Source of the DNA: Salinispira sp. | GTDB taxonomy: Bacteria > Spirochaetota > Spirochaetia > DSM-27196 > Salinispiraceae | Direction of reading: 5' to 3' | DNA: 64,000 bases | NCBI GenBank assembly: GCA_965602015.1 | Contig: OZ271918.1 | Location: 352,001 to 416,000, forward strand | The notes under the pieces: model-generated | Seen by the model: the letters and a program-made list of their open reading frames with translations, nothing else | Told to the model about the DNA's origin: nothing | The model's database searches: none | Part shown: in pieces, positions 37,717 to 49,993 of the stretch | How positions within the stretch are numbered: the stretch's first letter is position 1 | Layout of the letters: every line of letters begins with the position of its first letter | Position numbers and translations under genes: made by a program

Positions 37717-38271
37717 ATGGCCAAGGGCTGGTATGTATTACACACATTTTCCGGGCATGAAAATAAAATAGAGCGCACTATCAAAAAAATGATAGAAGAC
37801 GGCGAGCTCGGCGAGGCGGTCTTTGATATAAAGGTACCTTCAGAGAAGGTTGTCGACGTCAAGGACGGTAAGCGCAAAGAACGGATGCAAAAGGTCCTTC
37901 CGGGTTACATCCTGCTCGAAATGGACCTTCCCGACCTGGGCTGGAAGCCCGTATGTTCCACCATCCGTCGCCTCCAGGGTGTCACCGGGTTTGTGGGCAG
38001 CAGCTCGAATGCCAAGCCCCAGCCCATCAGCAACGAAGAAGCCCGCAATCTGCTGGCCCGGATGGGCGAAATAAAGGGCGACAATTCCTACCGTCCGAAG
38101 CAAAGTTTTGTGGTGGGCGAGTCTGTGCGAATCATCGACGGTCCATTCGAGAGTTTTACCGGAACCGTTGAAGAGGTGCAGGACGATAAAAACCGCCTGA
38201 AGGTCATGGTGGGTATTTTTGGCAGAAACACCCCTGTAGAGGTTGAATTTCTGCAGGTTGAAAAGGTATAA
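37717..38271 (+). CDS. nusG: transcription termination/antitermination factor NusG
   Basis: WYVLHTFSGHE, LPGY, VTGFVG, DGPF, IFGRNTPVE. Confidence 0.97.
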   Translation: MAKGWYVLHTFSGHENKIERTIKKMIEDGELGEAVFDIKVPSEKVVDVKDGKRKERMQKVLPGYILLEMDLPDLGWKPVCSTIRRLQGVTGFVGSSSNAKPQPISNEEARNLLARMGEIKGDNSYRPKQSFVVGESVRIIDGPFESFTGTVEEVQDDKNRLKVMVGIFGRNTPVEVEFLQVEKV

Positions 38272-38349
38272 GTAGCGACCCGGCAACGGGTTGTTGAAAT
38301 ATTTGTCGGTCCGGTATAGGGCCGTTGTCGCATCTGCGGCAAAAAGCTG

Positions 38350-38382
38350 GTGGGAGTCTCCAAAACGGGGACGTTATGACCA
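38350..38382 (+). promoter_or_regulatory. putative L1-binding autoregulatory site in the rplK leader
   Basis: GTGGGAG...GACCAC helix with purine-rich internal loop directly before the rplK RBS. Confidence 0.6.
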
Positions 38383-38394
38383 CGAGGAGTACAT

Positions 38395-38826
38395 ATGGCT
38401 AAGAAAAAAGTCACTGGAATGATCAAGCTCCAGGTACCCGCACAGAAGGCCACTCCGGCCCCTCCTGTGGGTCCTGCCCTTGGTCCCCATGGGGTAAGCG
38501 CACCCCAGTTCGTTCAGCAGTTCAACGATGCTTCGAAAAATGTTGAAGCTGGACTTCTGGTTCCCGTCGTAATTACCGTGTATCAGGACAAAAGTTTCAC
38601 TTTTGAAATGAAGAGTCCTCCGGCGGCCGTTCTTATTAAAAAAGAGATCGGTCTGGCTTCCGGTTCTGCTGAACCTCACAAGGTCAAGGTCGGAACCATA
38701 ACCCGGGATCAGCTGAAGAAGATCGCCGAGATAAAAATGAACGACCTCAATGCCAACGACATTGACGCCGCCATCAATATCATTGCCGGCACCGCCCGTT
38801 CCATGGGCGTCAAGGTGGAGGGCTAA
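38395..38826 (+). CDS. rplK: 50S ribosomal protein L11
   Basis: [27 protein letters not shown]. Confidence 0.98.
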   Translation: MAKKKVTGMIKLQVPAQKATPAPPVGPALGPHGVSAPQFVQQFNDASKNVEAGLLVPVVITVYQDKSFTFEMKSPPAAVLIKKEIGLASGSAEPHKVKVGTITRDQLKKIAEIKMNDLNANDIDAAINIIAGTARSMGVKVEG

Positions 38827-38829
38827 TCG

Positions 38830-39507
38830 ATGAAACGCGGAAAGAATTATAAAGGCGCAGTTGCCACATACGACAAGGCTCAGGCCTTCAGCACCGAAGA
38901 CGCGGTAAAAATGGTCAAGGAAATGGCCTTCGCAAAATTCGACGAAACCGTCGAAATCTCCATGAGGCTCAACGTCAAGAAGAGTACCACCATCAGGGAT
39001 ACCCTGGTGCTTCCTCATCAGTTCAAAACCGAAAAGAAGATCCTGGTTTTTGCCAAGGGCGACAAGGCCCAGGAAGCTAAGGATGCCGGCGCGGCGTTTG
39101 TGGGCGATGACGACCTTATCGCAAAAATAAAAGACGGCTGGTTGGACTTTGACGTGGCTGTCGCAACTCCGGATATGATGAAGGATGTGGGCCGTCTCGG
39201 TCAGATTCTCGGTCGCCGTGGCCTGATGCCCAACCCCAAGACCCAAACCGTTACTTTTGATGTGGCTGCGGCCATTAATGAGTTGAAAAAGGGCCGGGTC
39301 GAGTTTCGTTCTGACAAGACCGGTGTTATCCACCTGGCGGTGGGCAAGGTTTCCATGGATCCCGCGGCCCTTGCGGAAAACATCAACATCGTCATCGGTG
39401 AGGTAGAGCGCAAGCGTCCGGCCGACACCAAAGGCGATTTCATCAAGAGTCTTGCCATCTCCTCCACCATGGGTCCCGGCGTCAAGCTGGTTCAGGTGAG
39501 CGAGTAA
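38830..39507 (+). CDS. rplA: 50S ribosomal protein L1
   Basis: [22 protein letters not shown]. Confidence 0.98.
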   Translation: MKRGKNYKGAVATYDKAQAFSTEDAVKMVKEMAFAKFDETVEISMRLNVKKSTTIRDTLVLPHQFKTEKKILVFAKGDKAQEAKDAGAAFVGDDDLIAKIKDGWLDFDVAVATPDMMKDVGRLGQILGRRGLMPNPKTQTVTFDVAAAINELKKGRVEFRSDKTGVIHLAVGKVSMDPAALAENINIVIGEVERKRPADTKGDFIKSLAISSTMGPGVKLVQVSE

Positions 39508-39526
39508 TAACCGGGAGGATTGAACC

Positions 39527-40063
39527 ATGTCTGATTACGTAACGAAAGTTAATAGCGGAAAAAAAGAAGCGGTACAGGCTATCAAGGACAGTTTCGAAGG
39601 GGTGAACGATTTTATCTTCACCGATTACCGTGGTCTCAGCGTTGAGCAGATCACCCAGCTTCGAACCAAGCTCCGGGAATTAAACGCCGAGTATCATGTC
39701 ATTAAAAACAACTTCGCCAAGATCGCCTTCCGCGACCTTGAGTATCCCGAAGTTGAAGACTACCTTGTCGGCCCCACTGCTGTTGCGATGGCCCGGGATG
39801 AGTCAGGTCCGGTTGCCAAGGAGCTGTTGAAGCTTGCGAAGGACTGGCCCCTTGAGGTCAAGGGCGGCCTGATCAACGGCAATGTCTTCGACGATGCTCA
39901 GGTCACCGAGTTTTCCCAGCTGCCGACCAGAATCGAGCTGATCGCCAAGCTGATGGGAACCATGAACGCCCCTCTGCAGAACTTCGTCTACGCCCTCAAC
40001 GGCGTGTCCACCAAGCTGGTGCGCACCCTTCAGGCTGTGGCCGACCAGAAAGCAGGGAATTAG
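39527..40063 (+). CDS. rplJ: 50S ribosomal protein L10
   Basis: DYRGLSV, LR..LR, VIKNN, GPTA, LPT..ELIAKL. Confidence 0.97.
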   Translation: MSDYVTKVNSGKKEAVQAIKDSFEGVNDFIFTDYRGLSVEQITQLRTKLRELNAEYHVIKNNFAKIAFRDLEYPEVEDYLVGPTAVAMARDESGPVAKELLKLAKDWPLEVKGGLINGNVFDDAQVTEFSQLPTRIELIAKLMGTMNAPLQNFVYALNGVSTKLVRTLQAVADQKAGN

Positions 40064-40223
40064 TACCCTCGGGAAGGGGCTTCGGTCTCATCCCATAGCA
40101 TTGACTATGAACGGCGTTAGTCTTCTGAAAAGAGGGTGCTATGCTATCGCCGTCATAAAACCGCCCGCTTCCGGCACCGCCGGTGGCGGTGGATAAAAAT
40201 TAAATAGTAAAGGAGAAGATAAT

Positions 40224-40604
40224 ATGGCACTTTCTACTGAAGAAATTTTAGATGCAATTGCAGGCATGACCGTTCTCGAAGTATCCGAGCTGGTCAAGGC
40301 AATGGAAGACAAGTTCGGCGTAACCGCCGCTGCTCCCGTAGCCGTTGCTGCGGGTCCCGCTGCCGGTGCTGCCGAAGAGGCTGCCGAAGAGCAGAGCGAA
40401 TTCACCGTTAAAATCGCCGGCGCTGGTGACAAGAAGATCAACGTCATCAAGGCTGTGCGGACCATCGTTTCCGGCCTCGGCCTGAAAGAAGCAAAGGAAC
40501 TCGTTGAGTCCAACGGCGTCGTGAAGGAAAATGTCTCCAAGGAAGAAGCAGCGGAAATCAAGAAAACTCTTGAAGACGCTGGCGCCACTGTCGAAGTTAA
40601 GTAA
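40224..40604 (+). CDS. rplL: 50S ribosomal protein L7/L12
   Basis: [29 protein letters not shown]. Confidence 0.98.
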   Translation: MALSTEEILDAIAGMTVLEVSELVKAMEDKFGVTAAAPVAVAAGPAAGAAEEAAEEQSEFTVKIAGAGDKKINVIKAVRTIVSGLGLKEAKELVESNGVVKENVSKEEAAEIKKTLEDAGATVEVK

Positions 40605-40817
40605 GGGGACTGTGTCCGATACTGTCGACATTGAGCATTAATCAATACCGGAACTCACCGTTGGTTTCGCCCGGCAAGGGCTGTGCGGAACCGCGGTGAT
40701 TCTGTATCTTTAAAGGATGTGCGTTTCGGGCTGTCCGGAAGCGTCCTTGTTCGGTAAAGCTGCGATTTAGTATACTTTACTGTCCTATATACATTTAAAC
40801 CTGGTGCGGGGGAACTG

Positions 40818-43800
40818 ATGTTTAATCGAAATACCGAAATTACGCGGACCGAGGTTGGTACATCCCGAGGCACGGTGATGGAATTGCCGAACCTTGTGGA
40901 TATCCAGCTCTCTTCTTACGAGAAATTTCTCCAGAGAGAATGGATGAAGCAGGGCAATGCTCCAAATCTGCAGGGCCTGGAAGAGGTGTTCCAAACCATC
41001 TTTCCCATCGAGAGCCAGGCGGGGGACATGGTCCTCGAGTATGACCATTATACCCTCGATGAAGAGAATATCAAGTTTTCCGAGGCCGAATGCAAGGCCA
41101 AGGGACACACATACGCAGTACCTATCAAAGCGAAAATAAACCTGCTGTTCACCGAGACTGGTGAAATCCGGCAGAAAGATATATACATGGGCGACATCCC
41201 CATCATGACCGACCGGGGCACCTTTATTTACAACGGCGCCGAACGGGTGGTGGTCAGCCAGATACACCGGAGTCCAGGGGTTATTTTTTCCCACGAAAAG
41301 GGCGTCTACAGCTCCAGAATTATTCCCTACCGCGGTTCCTGGCTTGAGTTTGAAATCGATCAGAAAAAAGAGCTCATTTACGCCAAAATCGACCGGAAGA
41401 AACGGATTCTCGGCACCCTGTTCCTCAGGGCCCTGGGTTACGACACCCGGGAAAAAATCATCGATCTGTTTTACAAGCTGACCACCGTAAAGATCGAAGA
41501 CACCGCCGAGCTTCGGGAAAACCTGCGCGGTCGGGTTCTAGGACGGGCGGTTTTTATCAAAGACGGCGAGGAAGAGAAGAAGCTCTACAAAGCCGGTGAA
41601 AAAATACATCCCCATGACGTGGATGAGCTCATTCACTCGGCCGTGGAATCTATTGAAATAATTGACGACAGCAACTCCGAGAGCCTGCACAGCGATATAA
41701 TCCTCAACTGTTTCGAACGGGAGGAAAGCAAGCACACCAAGGAGGAGGGGCTAGACGAGCCCAGCCACGAGGCTGCCCTCTCTGCGGTTTATGCGGTCAT
41801 CATGCCCGGCGAACCCATCACCCTGGAAAGCGCTGAAAAAGACTTTAATTCGATGTTCTTTACTTCCCGCCGCTACGATTTGGGAAGGGTGGGGCGATAC
41901 AAGCTGAACAAGAAATTTGACTACGAGGACGCTCCCGAGGAGCACATCCTTACAAAAGATGACATCGTCAACACCATGGGTTATCTGATTCGGGTATACA
42001 TCGGCGAATCCAATGTTGACGACATCGACCACTTGGGCAACCGCCGGGTACGTTCGGTCGGCGAACTGCTGGCGAATCAGCTCAAAACCGCTTTCAGCCG
42101 GATGGAGCGCATTGCCAAGGAGCGGATGAGCCTCAAGGAAGTCGAGACCATCAAGCCTCAGGACCTTATTTCGATCAAGCCCGTAGTTGCGGCAATCAAA
42201 GAGTTTTTCGGCTCGAGCCAGCTCTCGCAGTTCATGGACCAGGTCAACCCCCTTTCGGAACTCACGCACAAAAGGCGGCTCAACGCCTTGGGTCCCGGCG
42301 GTTTGAGCCGGGACAGGGCGGGTTTCGAGGTTCGGGACGTTCACTACACCCATTACGGTCGAATGTGTCCCATCGAAACCCCTGAAGGTCCGAATATCGG
42401 CCTTATCGTTTCACTGGCGGGATACACCCAGGTGAACGACTACGGTTTTCTCGAAACTCCTTACCGAAAGGTTTCAAAAGGGAAGGTGACCGACGAGATT
42501 GAGTATCTGTCGGCCATGGATGAAGAAAAGTACTTTATCGCCCAGGCTAACGCCAATATCGACGACAAGGGCAAGTTCCTCGACGAACAGGTATCGGTAC
42601 GGAAGCAGGGGGATTACACCACCCGGCCGCCGGAGGACATTCACTACATGGACGTTTCTCCCAAGCAGGTTATTTCGGTTTCTTCCGCCCTTATTCCATT
42701 CCTGGAGCACGACGACGCGAACCGGGCCCTCATGGGCTCGAACATGCAGCGCCAGGCAGTGCCCCTGGTCAGCCCCGAACCTCCCCGTGTCGGAACCGGC
42801 ATGGAGGGCAAGACCGCATACGATTCGGGAGTTTTGGTCAAGGCGAAGCGGGCAGGTACGGTCACCCACGTAACCAACTCACGGATCGAAATCACCCCGA
42901 CCAAGGCGGCATTCGATGGCGATGTGGACGTGTACGAGCTTATCAAGTATCAGAGAACCAACCAGGATACCTGCTATGTTCAAAAGCCAATGGTTTCCTA
43001 CAAGCAAAAGGTAAAAGCCGGCGATGCCATTGCCGACGGTCCCTCCACATTCAAGGGCGAGCTTGCCCTGGGCCGAAACGTTCTGGTGGGATTCGTTCCC
43101 TGGAACGGATACAACTATGAAGATGCCATGCTGATCAGTGAAAAGCTGGTCAAGGAAGATATTTTTACATCGATTCACATCAAGGAATTCACCATCGAGG
43201 TGAGGGAAACCAAGCTGGGACCGGAGAAAATCACCCGTGACATTCCCAATACCAGCGAAAAAGCCCTGGACCAGCTCGATGAAGAGGGGATCGTTCGGGT
43301 CGGCGCCAAGGTCGGTTCCGGTTACATTCTCGTTGGAAAGGTAACCCCCAAGAGCGAAACCGAGACGACGCCGGAATTCAAACTGCTCAACTCCATCTTT
43401 GGCGAGAAGGCGAAGGAAGTCCGGGACACCTCCCTCAGGGTCCCCCACGGTGTCGAGGGAACCGTCATTGATGTACAGCGCCTGCGGCGCAGCGAGGGAG
43501 ACGACCTTTCCCCCGGCGTCGAAGAAGTGGTCAAGGTTTTAATCGCCACCAAGAAGAAACTTCAGGAAGGCGACAAAATGGCCGGCCGGCACGGTAACAA
43601 GGGAATAATCGCCCGGGTTCTGCCCGAGGAAGACATGCCCTTCATGGCCGACGGTACGCCCCTTGAGCTTTGCCTCAACCCCCTTGGCGTACCGAGCCGA
43701 ATGAACATCGGTCAGCTTTTGGAAACCATGCTCGGCTGGGCGGCAGTTGCCAATGAAGAGTGGTACACCACGCCGGTTTTCCAGTCGGCCACCGGCCAGG

Positions 43801-44315
43801 AAATCCGCGATGCCCTCGAAAAGGGCGGCAAACCCGGAAGCTCCAAGATCACCCTGCATGACGGCCGCACAGGGCGGCCCTTTGAGAACGAGGTTATGGT
43901 CGGCTATATGTACGTCATAAAGCTCCACCACCTTGTCACCGACAAGATGCACGCCCGTTCCACCGGCCCTTACTCGCTGGTTACTCAGCAGCCCTTGGGC
44001 GGTAAGGCGCAGTTCGGCGGTCAGCGTCTTGGTGAGATGGAAGTGTGGGCTCTTGAAGCCTACGGAGCGGCGAATACCCTCCAGGAGCTGTTGACCATCA
44101 AGTCCGACGACATGAACGGCCGGGCGAAGATTTACGAGAGTATAGTAAAAGGCGAACCGGGAACCACTGCCGGCGTGCCGGAATCATTTAATGTTTTGGT
44201 GCAGGAACTGCGGGGTCTGGCCCTGGACGTGTCGATTTATGACTCGAAAGGCAAGCAGATTCCCCTCACCGAGCGGGACGAAGAACTGATTAACCGTCAG
44301 GGCAGCAATTTCTAA
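40818..44315 (+). CDS. rpoB: RNA polymerase beta subunit
   Basis: [44 protein letters not shown]. Confidence 0.99.
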   Translation: MFNRNTEITRTEVGTSRGTVMELPNLVDIQLSSYEKFLQREWMKQGNAPNLQGLEEVFQTIFPIESQAGDMVLEYDHYTLDEENIKFSEAECKAKGHTYAVPIKAKINLLFTETGEIRQKDIYMGDIPIMTDRGTFIYNGAERVVVSQIHRSPGVIFSHEKGVYSSRIIPYRGSWLEFEIDQKKELIYAKIDRKKRILGTLFLRALGYDTREKIIDLFYKLTTVKIEDTAELRENLRGRVLGRAVFIKDGEEEKKLYKAGEKIHPHDVDELIHSAVESIEIIDDSNSESLHSDIILNCFEREESKHTKEEGLDEPSHEAALSAVYAVIMPGEPITLESAEKDFNSMFFTSRRYDLGRVGRYKLNKKFDYEDAPEEHILTKDDIVNTMGYLIRVYIGESNVDDIDHLGNRRVRSVGELLANQLKTAFSRMERIAKERMSLKEVETIKPQDLISIKPVVAAIKEFFGSSQLSQFMDQVNPLSELTHKRRLNALGPGGLSRDRAGFEVRDVHYTHYGRMCPIETPEGPNIGLIVSLAGYTQVNDYGFLETPYRKVSKGKVTDEIEYLSAMDEEKYFIAQANANIDDKGKFLDEQVSVRKQGDYTTRPPEDIHYMDVSPKQVISVSSALIPFLEHDDANRALMGSNMQRQAVPLVSPEPPRVGTGMEGKTAYDSGVLVKAKRAGTVTHVTNSRIEITPTKAAFDGDVDVYELIKYQRTNQDTCYVQKPMVSYKQKVKAGDAIADGPSTFKGELALGRNVLVGFVPWNGYNYEDAMLISEKLVKEDIFTSIHIKEFTIEVRETKLGPEKITRDIPNTSEKALDQLDEEGIVRVGAKVGSGYILVGKVTPKSETETTPEFKLLNSIFGEKAKEVRDTSLRVPHGVEGTVIDVQRLRRSEGDDLSPGVEEVVKVLIATKKKLQEGDKMAGRHGNKGIIARVLPEEDMPFMADGTPLELCLNPLGVPSRMNIGQLLETMLGWAAVANEEWYTTPVFQSATGQEIRDALEKGGKPGSSKITLHDGRTGRPFENEVMVGYMYVIKLHHLVTDKMHARSTGPYSLVTQQPLGGKAQFGGQRLGEMEVWALEAYGAANTLQELLTIKSDDMNGRAKIYESIVKGEPGTTAGVPESFNVLVQELRGLALDVSIYDSKGKQIPLTERDEELINRQGSNF

Positions 44316-44327
44316 GGAAGGGACATA

Positions 44328-47300
44328 GTGCGAGAGATACAAGATTTCGACAATATTATGATCAAGCTCGCGTCGCCGGACCAGGTCCGGGCGTGGAGCT
44401 ATGGTGAAGTAAAAAAGCCCGAAACCATCAACTACCGGACCCTCCGCCCGGAAAAAGACGGTCTGTTCTGCGAGCGCATTTTTGGTACAACCAAGGAATG
44501 GGAGTGCTATTGCGGCAAGTTCAAAAGCATTCGCTACAAGGGCGTGATCTGCGACCGCTGCGGTGTTGAAGTGACCCACCCGAAGGTCCGCCGGGAGCGA
44601 ATGGGCCACATCGAGTTGGCCAGTCCGGTAAGCCACATCTGGTATTACCGCTCGGTGCCCAGCCGCATGGGCCTTCTTCTCGACCTCACGGTAGCCGCAC
44701 TGCGCTCCATCCTCTATTACGAAAAATATATCGTTATAGAATCCGGCGATACCGACCTAAAAAAAATGGATCTGCTCACCGAAGAAGAGTACGCCGAGGC
44801 GAAAGAGCGCTACGGCATGAGCTTTTCTGCGGGAATCGGCGCCGAGGCCATTCGCAACCTGCTTGAAACCCTCGATCTGGACGGCCTGAGTGCAGAACTC
44901 CGGGCGACCATGATCGAAAAAGGTGAGAAGGCCGATAAGCGCCTGTTGAAACGGATTGAAATCGTTGAAAACTTCCGGGACAGCAAAAACGAAGCCGCCT
45001 GGATGATCCTCGATGTCATTCCCGTCATTCCCCCCGAGCTGCGTCCCATGGTTCAGCTGGACGGTGGACGCTTCGCCACCAGCGACCTGAACGATCTTTA
45101 CCGCCGTGTTATCAACCGGAACAACCGGCTCAAGCGGCTTATGAACCTCAATGCACCCGACATCATCATCCGTAATGAAAAGCGGATGCTCCAGGAAGCT
45201 GTCGACGCCCTCTTCGACAACAGCAAGAAGAAGCGGGTTGTAAAAGGCGCCAGCAACCGTCCCCTCAAGTCTCTGTCTGATATGCTCAAGGGTAAGCAGG
45301 GCCGTTTCCGTCAAAACCTTCTCGGAAGGCGGGTCGACTATTCCGGCCGTTCGGTAATCGTCGTCGGTCCGAATCTCAAGCTTCACCAGTGCGGACTGCC
45401 CACGAAAATGGCTCTTGAACTGTACAAGCCCTTTATTATGAAGAAACTCGTCGAAAAAGACGTGGTATACAATATCAAACGGGCTAAAACCCTCGTTGAA
45501 CAGGAAACCCCCGAGGTGTGGGCGGTTCTCGATGAGGTTGTCAAAGAGCATCCTGTGCTTCTCAACCGTGCGCCGACCCTCCACCGCCTGGGTATCCAGG
45601 CATTCGAGCCGGTGCTCGTAGACTCAAAAGCCATCAAGCTTCACCCCCTGGTTTGTCATGCCTACAACGCCGACTTCGACGGCGACCAGATGGCGGTTCA
45701 CGTGCCCCTTACCCAGGCTGCTCAGATCGAGTGCTGGACCCTTATGCTCTCCGCCCGAAACCTTCTCAACCCGGCGAATGGAAAGCCTATCGTCTTTCCG
45801 TCCCAGGATATGGTTCTCGGCATCAACTACATGACCCGCCACCAGGAGAACGGCAGAGGCCACGGCAAGCGCTATTCGGGTTTCGACGAAGTTATCTACG
45901 CCATCGAGAATATGGACCTAGGCTACCAGACTCTTATTAAGGTGCCGGTTCACAAGGCGCCGCATAACGGCGAGCTGGTTGAAACCACCGCGGGCCGCCT
46001 GATTCTCAATGACTCCATGCCCGAGGAAATTGAGTACGTAAACTACGCAATGGGAGACAAGGAGCTGCGGGCCTTAATTGCCCGGGTCTATTCCAAGCAC
46101 GGTCCTTACCTCACCGTTCAGATGCTCGACTCAATCAAGGATATGGGTTTTCGCTATGCGACCCTCTTCGGCGCAACCATCGGCGTCGATGACATCATCA
46201 TTCCAGAAGTAAAGCCCGAAATGATCGACAGGGCGAATACCGATGTCATCAACATCCAGAATCAGTACCTCCAGGGTCACATCACCAATGAAGAGCGCTA
46301 CAACCGGGTCGTCGAAGTATGGTCAAAGACCAACGAAGAATTGACCAATGAAATGATGAACAAGCTGCAGAACGACCGGGAGGGATTTAATCCGGTCTAC
46401 ATGATGGCGAACTCCGGAGCCCGGGGTAGCCGTTCTCAGATCCGTCAGCTGGCCGGTATGCGCGGTCTTATGGCGAAGCCCAATGGCGACATTATTGAAC
46501 TGCCCATTCGATCGAACTTCAAGGAAGGTCTCTCGATTATCGAGTTCTTTATCTCCACCAACGGTGCCCGTAAGGGTCTGGCGGACACGGCGCTTAAGAC
46601 CGCCGACGCCGGATACCTCACCCGCCGACTCGTGGATATCGCCCAGGACGTGGTGGTTAACGAAGAAGACTGCGGAACCATCAACGGTATCGAGTACAGC
46701 GCCATCAAGGACGGCGAGGAGATCGTCGAAACCCTGGCCGAGCGTATCATCGGGCGTTTCACCATTGAGCGGGTGAAGCATCCCATCAGCGGTGAGATAC
46801 TCGTCGATGTAAATGAAGAAATTACCGAAGAAATCGCCGAAGCCATTGAGGAAGCGGGTATAGAACAGGTGCGAATCCGAACGGTACTCACCTGCGAGTC
46901 TAAGCACGGAGTATGTAAGAAGTGCTACGGCCGCAACCTCGCCACCAACCGCACGGTTGAAATCGGCGAGGCCGTCGGAATCATCGCTGCCCAGAGTATC
47001 GGTCAGCCCGGAACCCAGCTGACCATGCGTACCTTCCACATCGGGGGCGCGGCAACCAAGACCAGCGAGGAAAACCGGACCTTCCTCCATTATCCGGTGA
47101 TGATAAACAGCATCCACGGAAACACGGTAACCCTGAAAAACGGCGATCGGCTGTTCACCCGAAAAGGTTTTATTATGGCCAGCAAGGTGCTTGAGACCAT
47201 CGAGCTCGGGAAGAACACCAAACTCCTGGTTGAGGAGGGCGATAAAATCGTCAAGGGCCAAGACATAGTGCAAAACGGCAAAACCGCCGAGCAGGCCAAG

Positions 47301-48575
47301 GAAAACGCCTATGCGGTTATTGTCGATAAGAAGCTGTATCTCGTCGCTCAGGAACAAAAAATTGAAATTAGAAACGGCGCGGACCTCTTGGTCAAGGAAG
47401 GGGAGATAGTTCCCGCAGAGGAATCCATTGCGACCTTCGACCCCTTCTCCGAGCCAATCCTGGCGGAATTCGACGGTACGGTGTTTTTCGAAGACATCGA
47501 CAAGTCCACTCTGAAGGAAGAGGTAAACGAAGACACGGGGAATATCGAAAAGAAGATTACCGAGCTTACCACCGAGAGTCTCCAGCCTCGCATCATCATA
47601 AAAGATGACGCCGGCGAAGAACTTGCCAGCTACTATCTGCCCGGTGGTTCATACCTCAATGTGGAGAACGGCGACAAGGTGGAAGCCGGACGTTCACTTG
47701 CTAAAATCCTGAAGGAATCGGTGAAAACCCGGGATATTACCGGTGGTCTTCCCCGGGTCGGAGAACTCTTCGAAGCCCGGAAGCCCAAGGTGCCCGCGGT
47801 TCTGGCGAAGGTCAGCGGAACGGTGTTCTTCGAGGGAATCGTGAAGTCCAAGCGGGTAATTATGGTTGAGGACAGCTTCGGCCAGCGCCTCAAGCACCTG
47901 GTGCCCATGGGCCGCCACCTGCTCATCCGCGAAGGCGACCTGGTTGAAGCCGGCGAACCGATTTGTGACGGTGCGGTTGACCCCCATGACATCCTGCAGA
48001 TTCTTGGCGAAAACGCACTCCAGCGCTTTTTGGTGAATGAGGTTCAGGAAGTCTATCGCCTCCAGGGTGTAGATATCAACGACAAGCACATTGGCGTAAT
48101 CATTCGTCAGATGATGCGGAAGGTCGAAATCATCAAGGTCGGGGACACCAATTTTATCTACGGTCAGCAGGTCGATAAATACAAGTTCTCTGAAGAAAAC
48201 CGAAAGGTCGAAAAAGAGGGTGGCCAGCCCGCCGTGGCCCGTCCGCTCCTGTTGGGAATTACCCGGGCGAGCTTGAACATCGACAGCTTTATTTCTGCGG
48301 CGTCCTTCCAGGAAACCACCAGAGTCCTAACCAATGCGGCTATCGCCGGGTCGGTCGACGGTCTGCGAGGTCTTAAGGAAAACGTGATTATCGGTCACCT
48401 GATTCCCGCTGGTACCGGTATGCGGGGGTACAATAAAATCAAGCTCTTCGATGAAAACCGCTCCGACCTCGACGCCCACGTACAGCAGATCCTGGAGATC
48501 CGCGAGAAGGAAAAGGCGGCAATCGCCGCCGCCGGCGGAGAAGAGGATCAGGGCCCCGGAGGGGACCAGGCCTAG
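44328..48575 (+). CDS. rpoC: RNA polymerase beta-prime subunit
   Basis: NADFDGDQM active site; GTG start. Confidence 0.99.
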   Translation: MREIQDFDNIMIKLASPDQVRAWSYGEVKKPETINYRTLRPEKDGLFCERIFGTTKEWECYCGKFKSIRYKGVICDRCGVEVTHPKVRRERMGHIELASPVSHIWYYRSVPSRMGLLLDLTVAALRSILYYEKYIVIESGDTDLKKMDLLTEEEYAEAKERYGMSFSAGIGAEAIRNLLETLDLDGLSAELRATMIEKGEKADKRLLKRIEIVENFRDSKNEAAWMILDVIPVIPPELRPMVQLDGGRFATSDLNDLYRRVINRNNRLKRLMNLNAPDIIIRNEKRMLQEAVDALFDNSKKKRVVKGASNRPLKSLSDMLKGKQGRFRQNLLGRRVDYSGRSVIVVGPNLKLHQCGLPTKMALELYKPFIMKKLVEKDVVYNIKRAKTLVEQETPEVWAVLDEVVKEHPVLLNRAPTLHRLGIQAFEPVLVDSKAIKLHPLVCHAYNADFDGDQMAVHVPLTQAAQIECWTLMLSARNLLNPANGKPIVFPSQDMVLGINYMTRHQENGRGHGKRYSGFDEVIYAIENMDLGYQTLIKVPVHKAPHNGELVETTAGRLILNDSMPEEIEYVNYAMGDKELRALIARVYSKHGPYLTVQMLDSIKDMGFRYATLFGATIGVDDIIIPEVKPEMIDRANTDVINIQNQYLQGHITNEERYNRVVEVWSKTNEELTNEMMNKLQNDREGFNPVYMMANSGARGSRSQIRQLAGMRGLMAKPNGDIIELPIRSNFKEGLSIIEFFISTNGARKGLADTALKTADAGYLTRRLVDIAQDVVVNEEDCGTINGIEYSAIKDGEEIVETLAERIIGRFTIERVKHPISGEILVDVNEEITEEIAEAIEEAGIEQVRIRTVLTCESKHGVCKKCYGRNLATNRTVEIGEAVGIIAAQSIGQPGTQLTMRTFHIGGAATKTSEENRTFLHYPVMINSIHGNTVTLKNGDRLFTRKGFIMASKVLETIELGKNTKLLVEEGDKIVKGQDIVQNGKTAEQAKENAYAVIVDKKLYLVAQEQKIEIRNGADLLVKEGEIVPAEESIATFDPFSEPILAEFDGTVFFEDIDKSTLKEEVNEDTGNIEKKITELTTESLQPRIIIKDDAGEELASYYLPGGSYLNVENGDKVEAGRSLAKILKESVKTRDITGGLPRVGELFEARKPKVPAVLAKVSGTVFFEGIVKSKRVIMVEDSFGQRLKHLVPMGRHLLIREGDLVEAGEPICDGAVDPHDILQILGENALQRFLVNEVQEVYRLQGVDINDKHIGVIIRQMMRKVEIIKVGDTNFIYGQQVDKYKFSEENRKVEKEGGQPAVARPLLLGITRASLNIDSFISAASFQETTRVLTNAAIAGSVDGLRGLKENVIIGHLIPAGTGMRGYNKIKLFDENRSDLDAHVQQILEIREKEKAAIAAAGGEEDQGPGGDQA

Positions 48576-48603
48576 GAATTACTTCGGCATAGACCTGATG
48601 TAC

Positions 48604-48635
48604 AGCGGCCCGGGCAACCGGCGCCGCTTTTTTTT
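48604..48635 (+). terminator. Rho-independent terminator after rpoC
   Basis: AGCGGC-CCGG-gcaa-CCGG-C-GCCGCT followed by a T-run. Confidence 0.8.
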
Positions 48636-48643
48636 ATATTTTT

Positions 48644-48691
48644 CAGTGCCCCCAAAACAGCTGATTTAAATCAGCTGTTTTGGGGGCACTG
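48644..48691. repeat. perfect 48-bp palindrome made of two abutting copies of the repeat
   Basis: CAGTGCCCCCAAAACAGCTGATTT|AAATCAGCTGTTTTGGGGGCACTG. Confidence 0.95.
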
Positions 48692-48717
48692 GCTTTTTAT
48701 TTGTGTATAATTCGCGT

Positions 48718-49716
48718 ATGGAATATCGAAATCTAGGAACCACCGGGATACAGATTTCTGCTCTCTGCTTCGGAACCATGAGCTTCGGCGGCGATGCCGA
48801 CAGGCAAGAGTCGGAGAAAATGTTTGGTGCTTGTCTGGATGCGGGAATCAACGCCTTTGACTGCGCCAATGTATATCAGAACGGAGTTTCGGAAGAGCTG
48901 CTCGGTGACTTTATGAAGGGTAGACGGCGGGATCTTGTGATCACCAGCAAGGCGTACTTTCCCATGGGCGACGGCGTTAATGACCGAGGAGCATCCCGGC
49001 GTAATATACGCCTGTCGATTGCGGACAGTTTTCGCCGACTCAAAACCGACTTTATCGATATCTACTTCATTCATAAATTCGACGAAGCCTGTGATTTGAC
49101 AGAAACCCTTGAAACCCTTAGCGACATTGTGCGGGAAGGCAAGTCCCTGTATATCGGGTTGAGTAATTTTGCCGCCTGGCAGGTCAGTAAGGCAATGGGC
49201 ATAGCTGCACTGAGGAACCTGATTCCGCCACATGTCATTCAACCCATGTACAGCCTGGTGAAGCGGCAGGCAGAGGTTGAACTATTGCCCATGGCGGTCA
49301 GCGAAGGTCTGGGTGTCCTGTCGTACAGCCCGCTGGGCGGTGGCCTGTTGACGGGCAAATTCAGCTCCGAGGATCGTCCTGCGGGAACCCGCATTGCCAG
49401 CAATAAAATGTATGGGCTTCGCTATGGTGATGAAAGTTATTATCGCAGGGCCGGCGAGTTCACCTCCTTCGCCGGGGAACTTGGCGTTCATCCCGCGACT
49501 CTTGCGGTTGCCTGGGCCAAAAGCCGGCCCGGCGTCACCGCGCCGATTATTGGCGCGAGAAACCTAACGCAGCTCAGGGATTCCCTGGCGGCAGCTGACT
49601 ATGTGGTGGACGGCGCTGTAGGCCAGCGCCTTGACAGCATCTGTCCGCCGCCCCCGCCGGCTACCGACCGGAGCGAAGAGCATGGCGGATTCGGTTACGA
49701 AAAGATGCTCAAATAG
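48718..49716 (+). CDS. aldo/keto reductase
   Basis: FGTMSFG, FDCANVY, SEELLG, ITSK, DIYFIH, YSPLGGGLLTGK, PIIGAR. Confidence 0.94.
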   Translation: MEYRNLGTTGIQISALCFGTMSFGGDADRQESEKMFGACLDAGINAFDCANVYQNGVSEELLGDFMKGRRRDLVITSKAYFPMGDGVNDRGASRRNIRLSIADSFRRLKTDFIDIYFIHKFDEACDLTETLETLSDIVREGKSLYIGLSNFAAWQVSKAMGIAALRNLIPPHVIQPMYSLVKRQAEVELLPMAVSEGLGVLSYSPLGGGLLTGKFSSEDRPAGTRIASNKMYGLRYGDESYYRRAGEFTSFAGELGVHPATLAVAWAKSRPGVTAPIIGARNLTQLRDSLAAADYVVDGAVGQRLDSICPPPPPATDRSEEHGGFGYEKMLK

Positions 49717-49993
49717 CTTCGCTGGTCATTTGTGGAAAAATGGTGATTACGCCGCAGATGCCCTGCGAAATGACATCACTTGACGCAGGTAAGGTGCAAA
49801 TGCTATTGTACCGGACCGCTACTGCTTTACCCACATCGATCTACACCAGCGGTTTTAATTTTAATCCGTCAGCCCTTCCGGCTTCCTATTGCAGGAGTCC
49901 ATGTGGTGAAGGGATTGAGTCTGACGGCCCACCGGGGTTCAAATGAGGCGTTGCCCGTTTCCCGGACAGGGAGCACAGAAGGAGTAAGCTCAA

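Noticed and set aside
38374..47357. Long antisense ORFs (e.g. 38374-39528, 44757-45584, 46323-47357; likewise 20492-21580, 59291-60166)
   Set aside because: Shadow frames of well-supported, codon-biased genes in GC-rich DNA, with no RBS or motifs.
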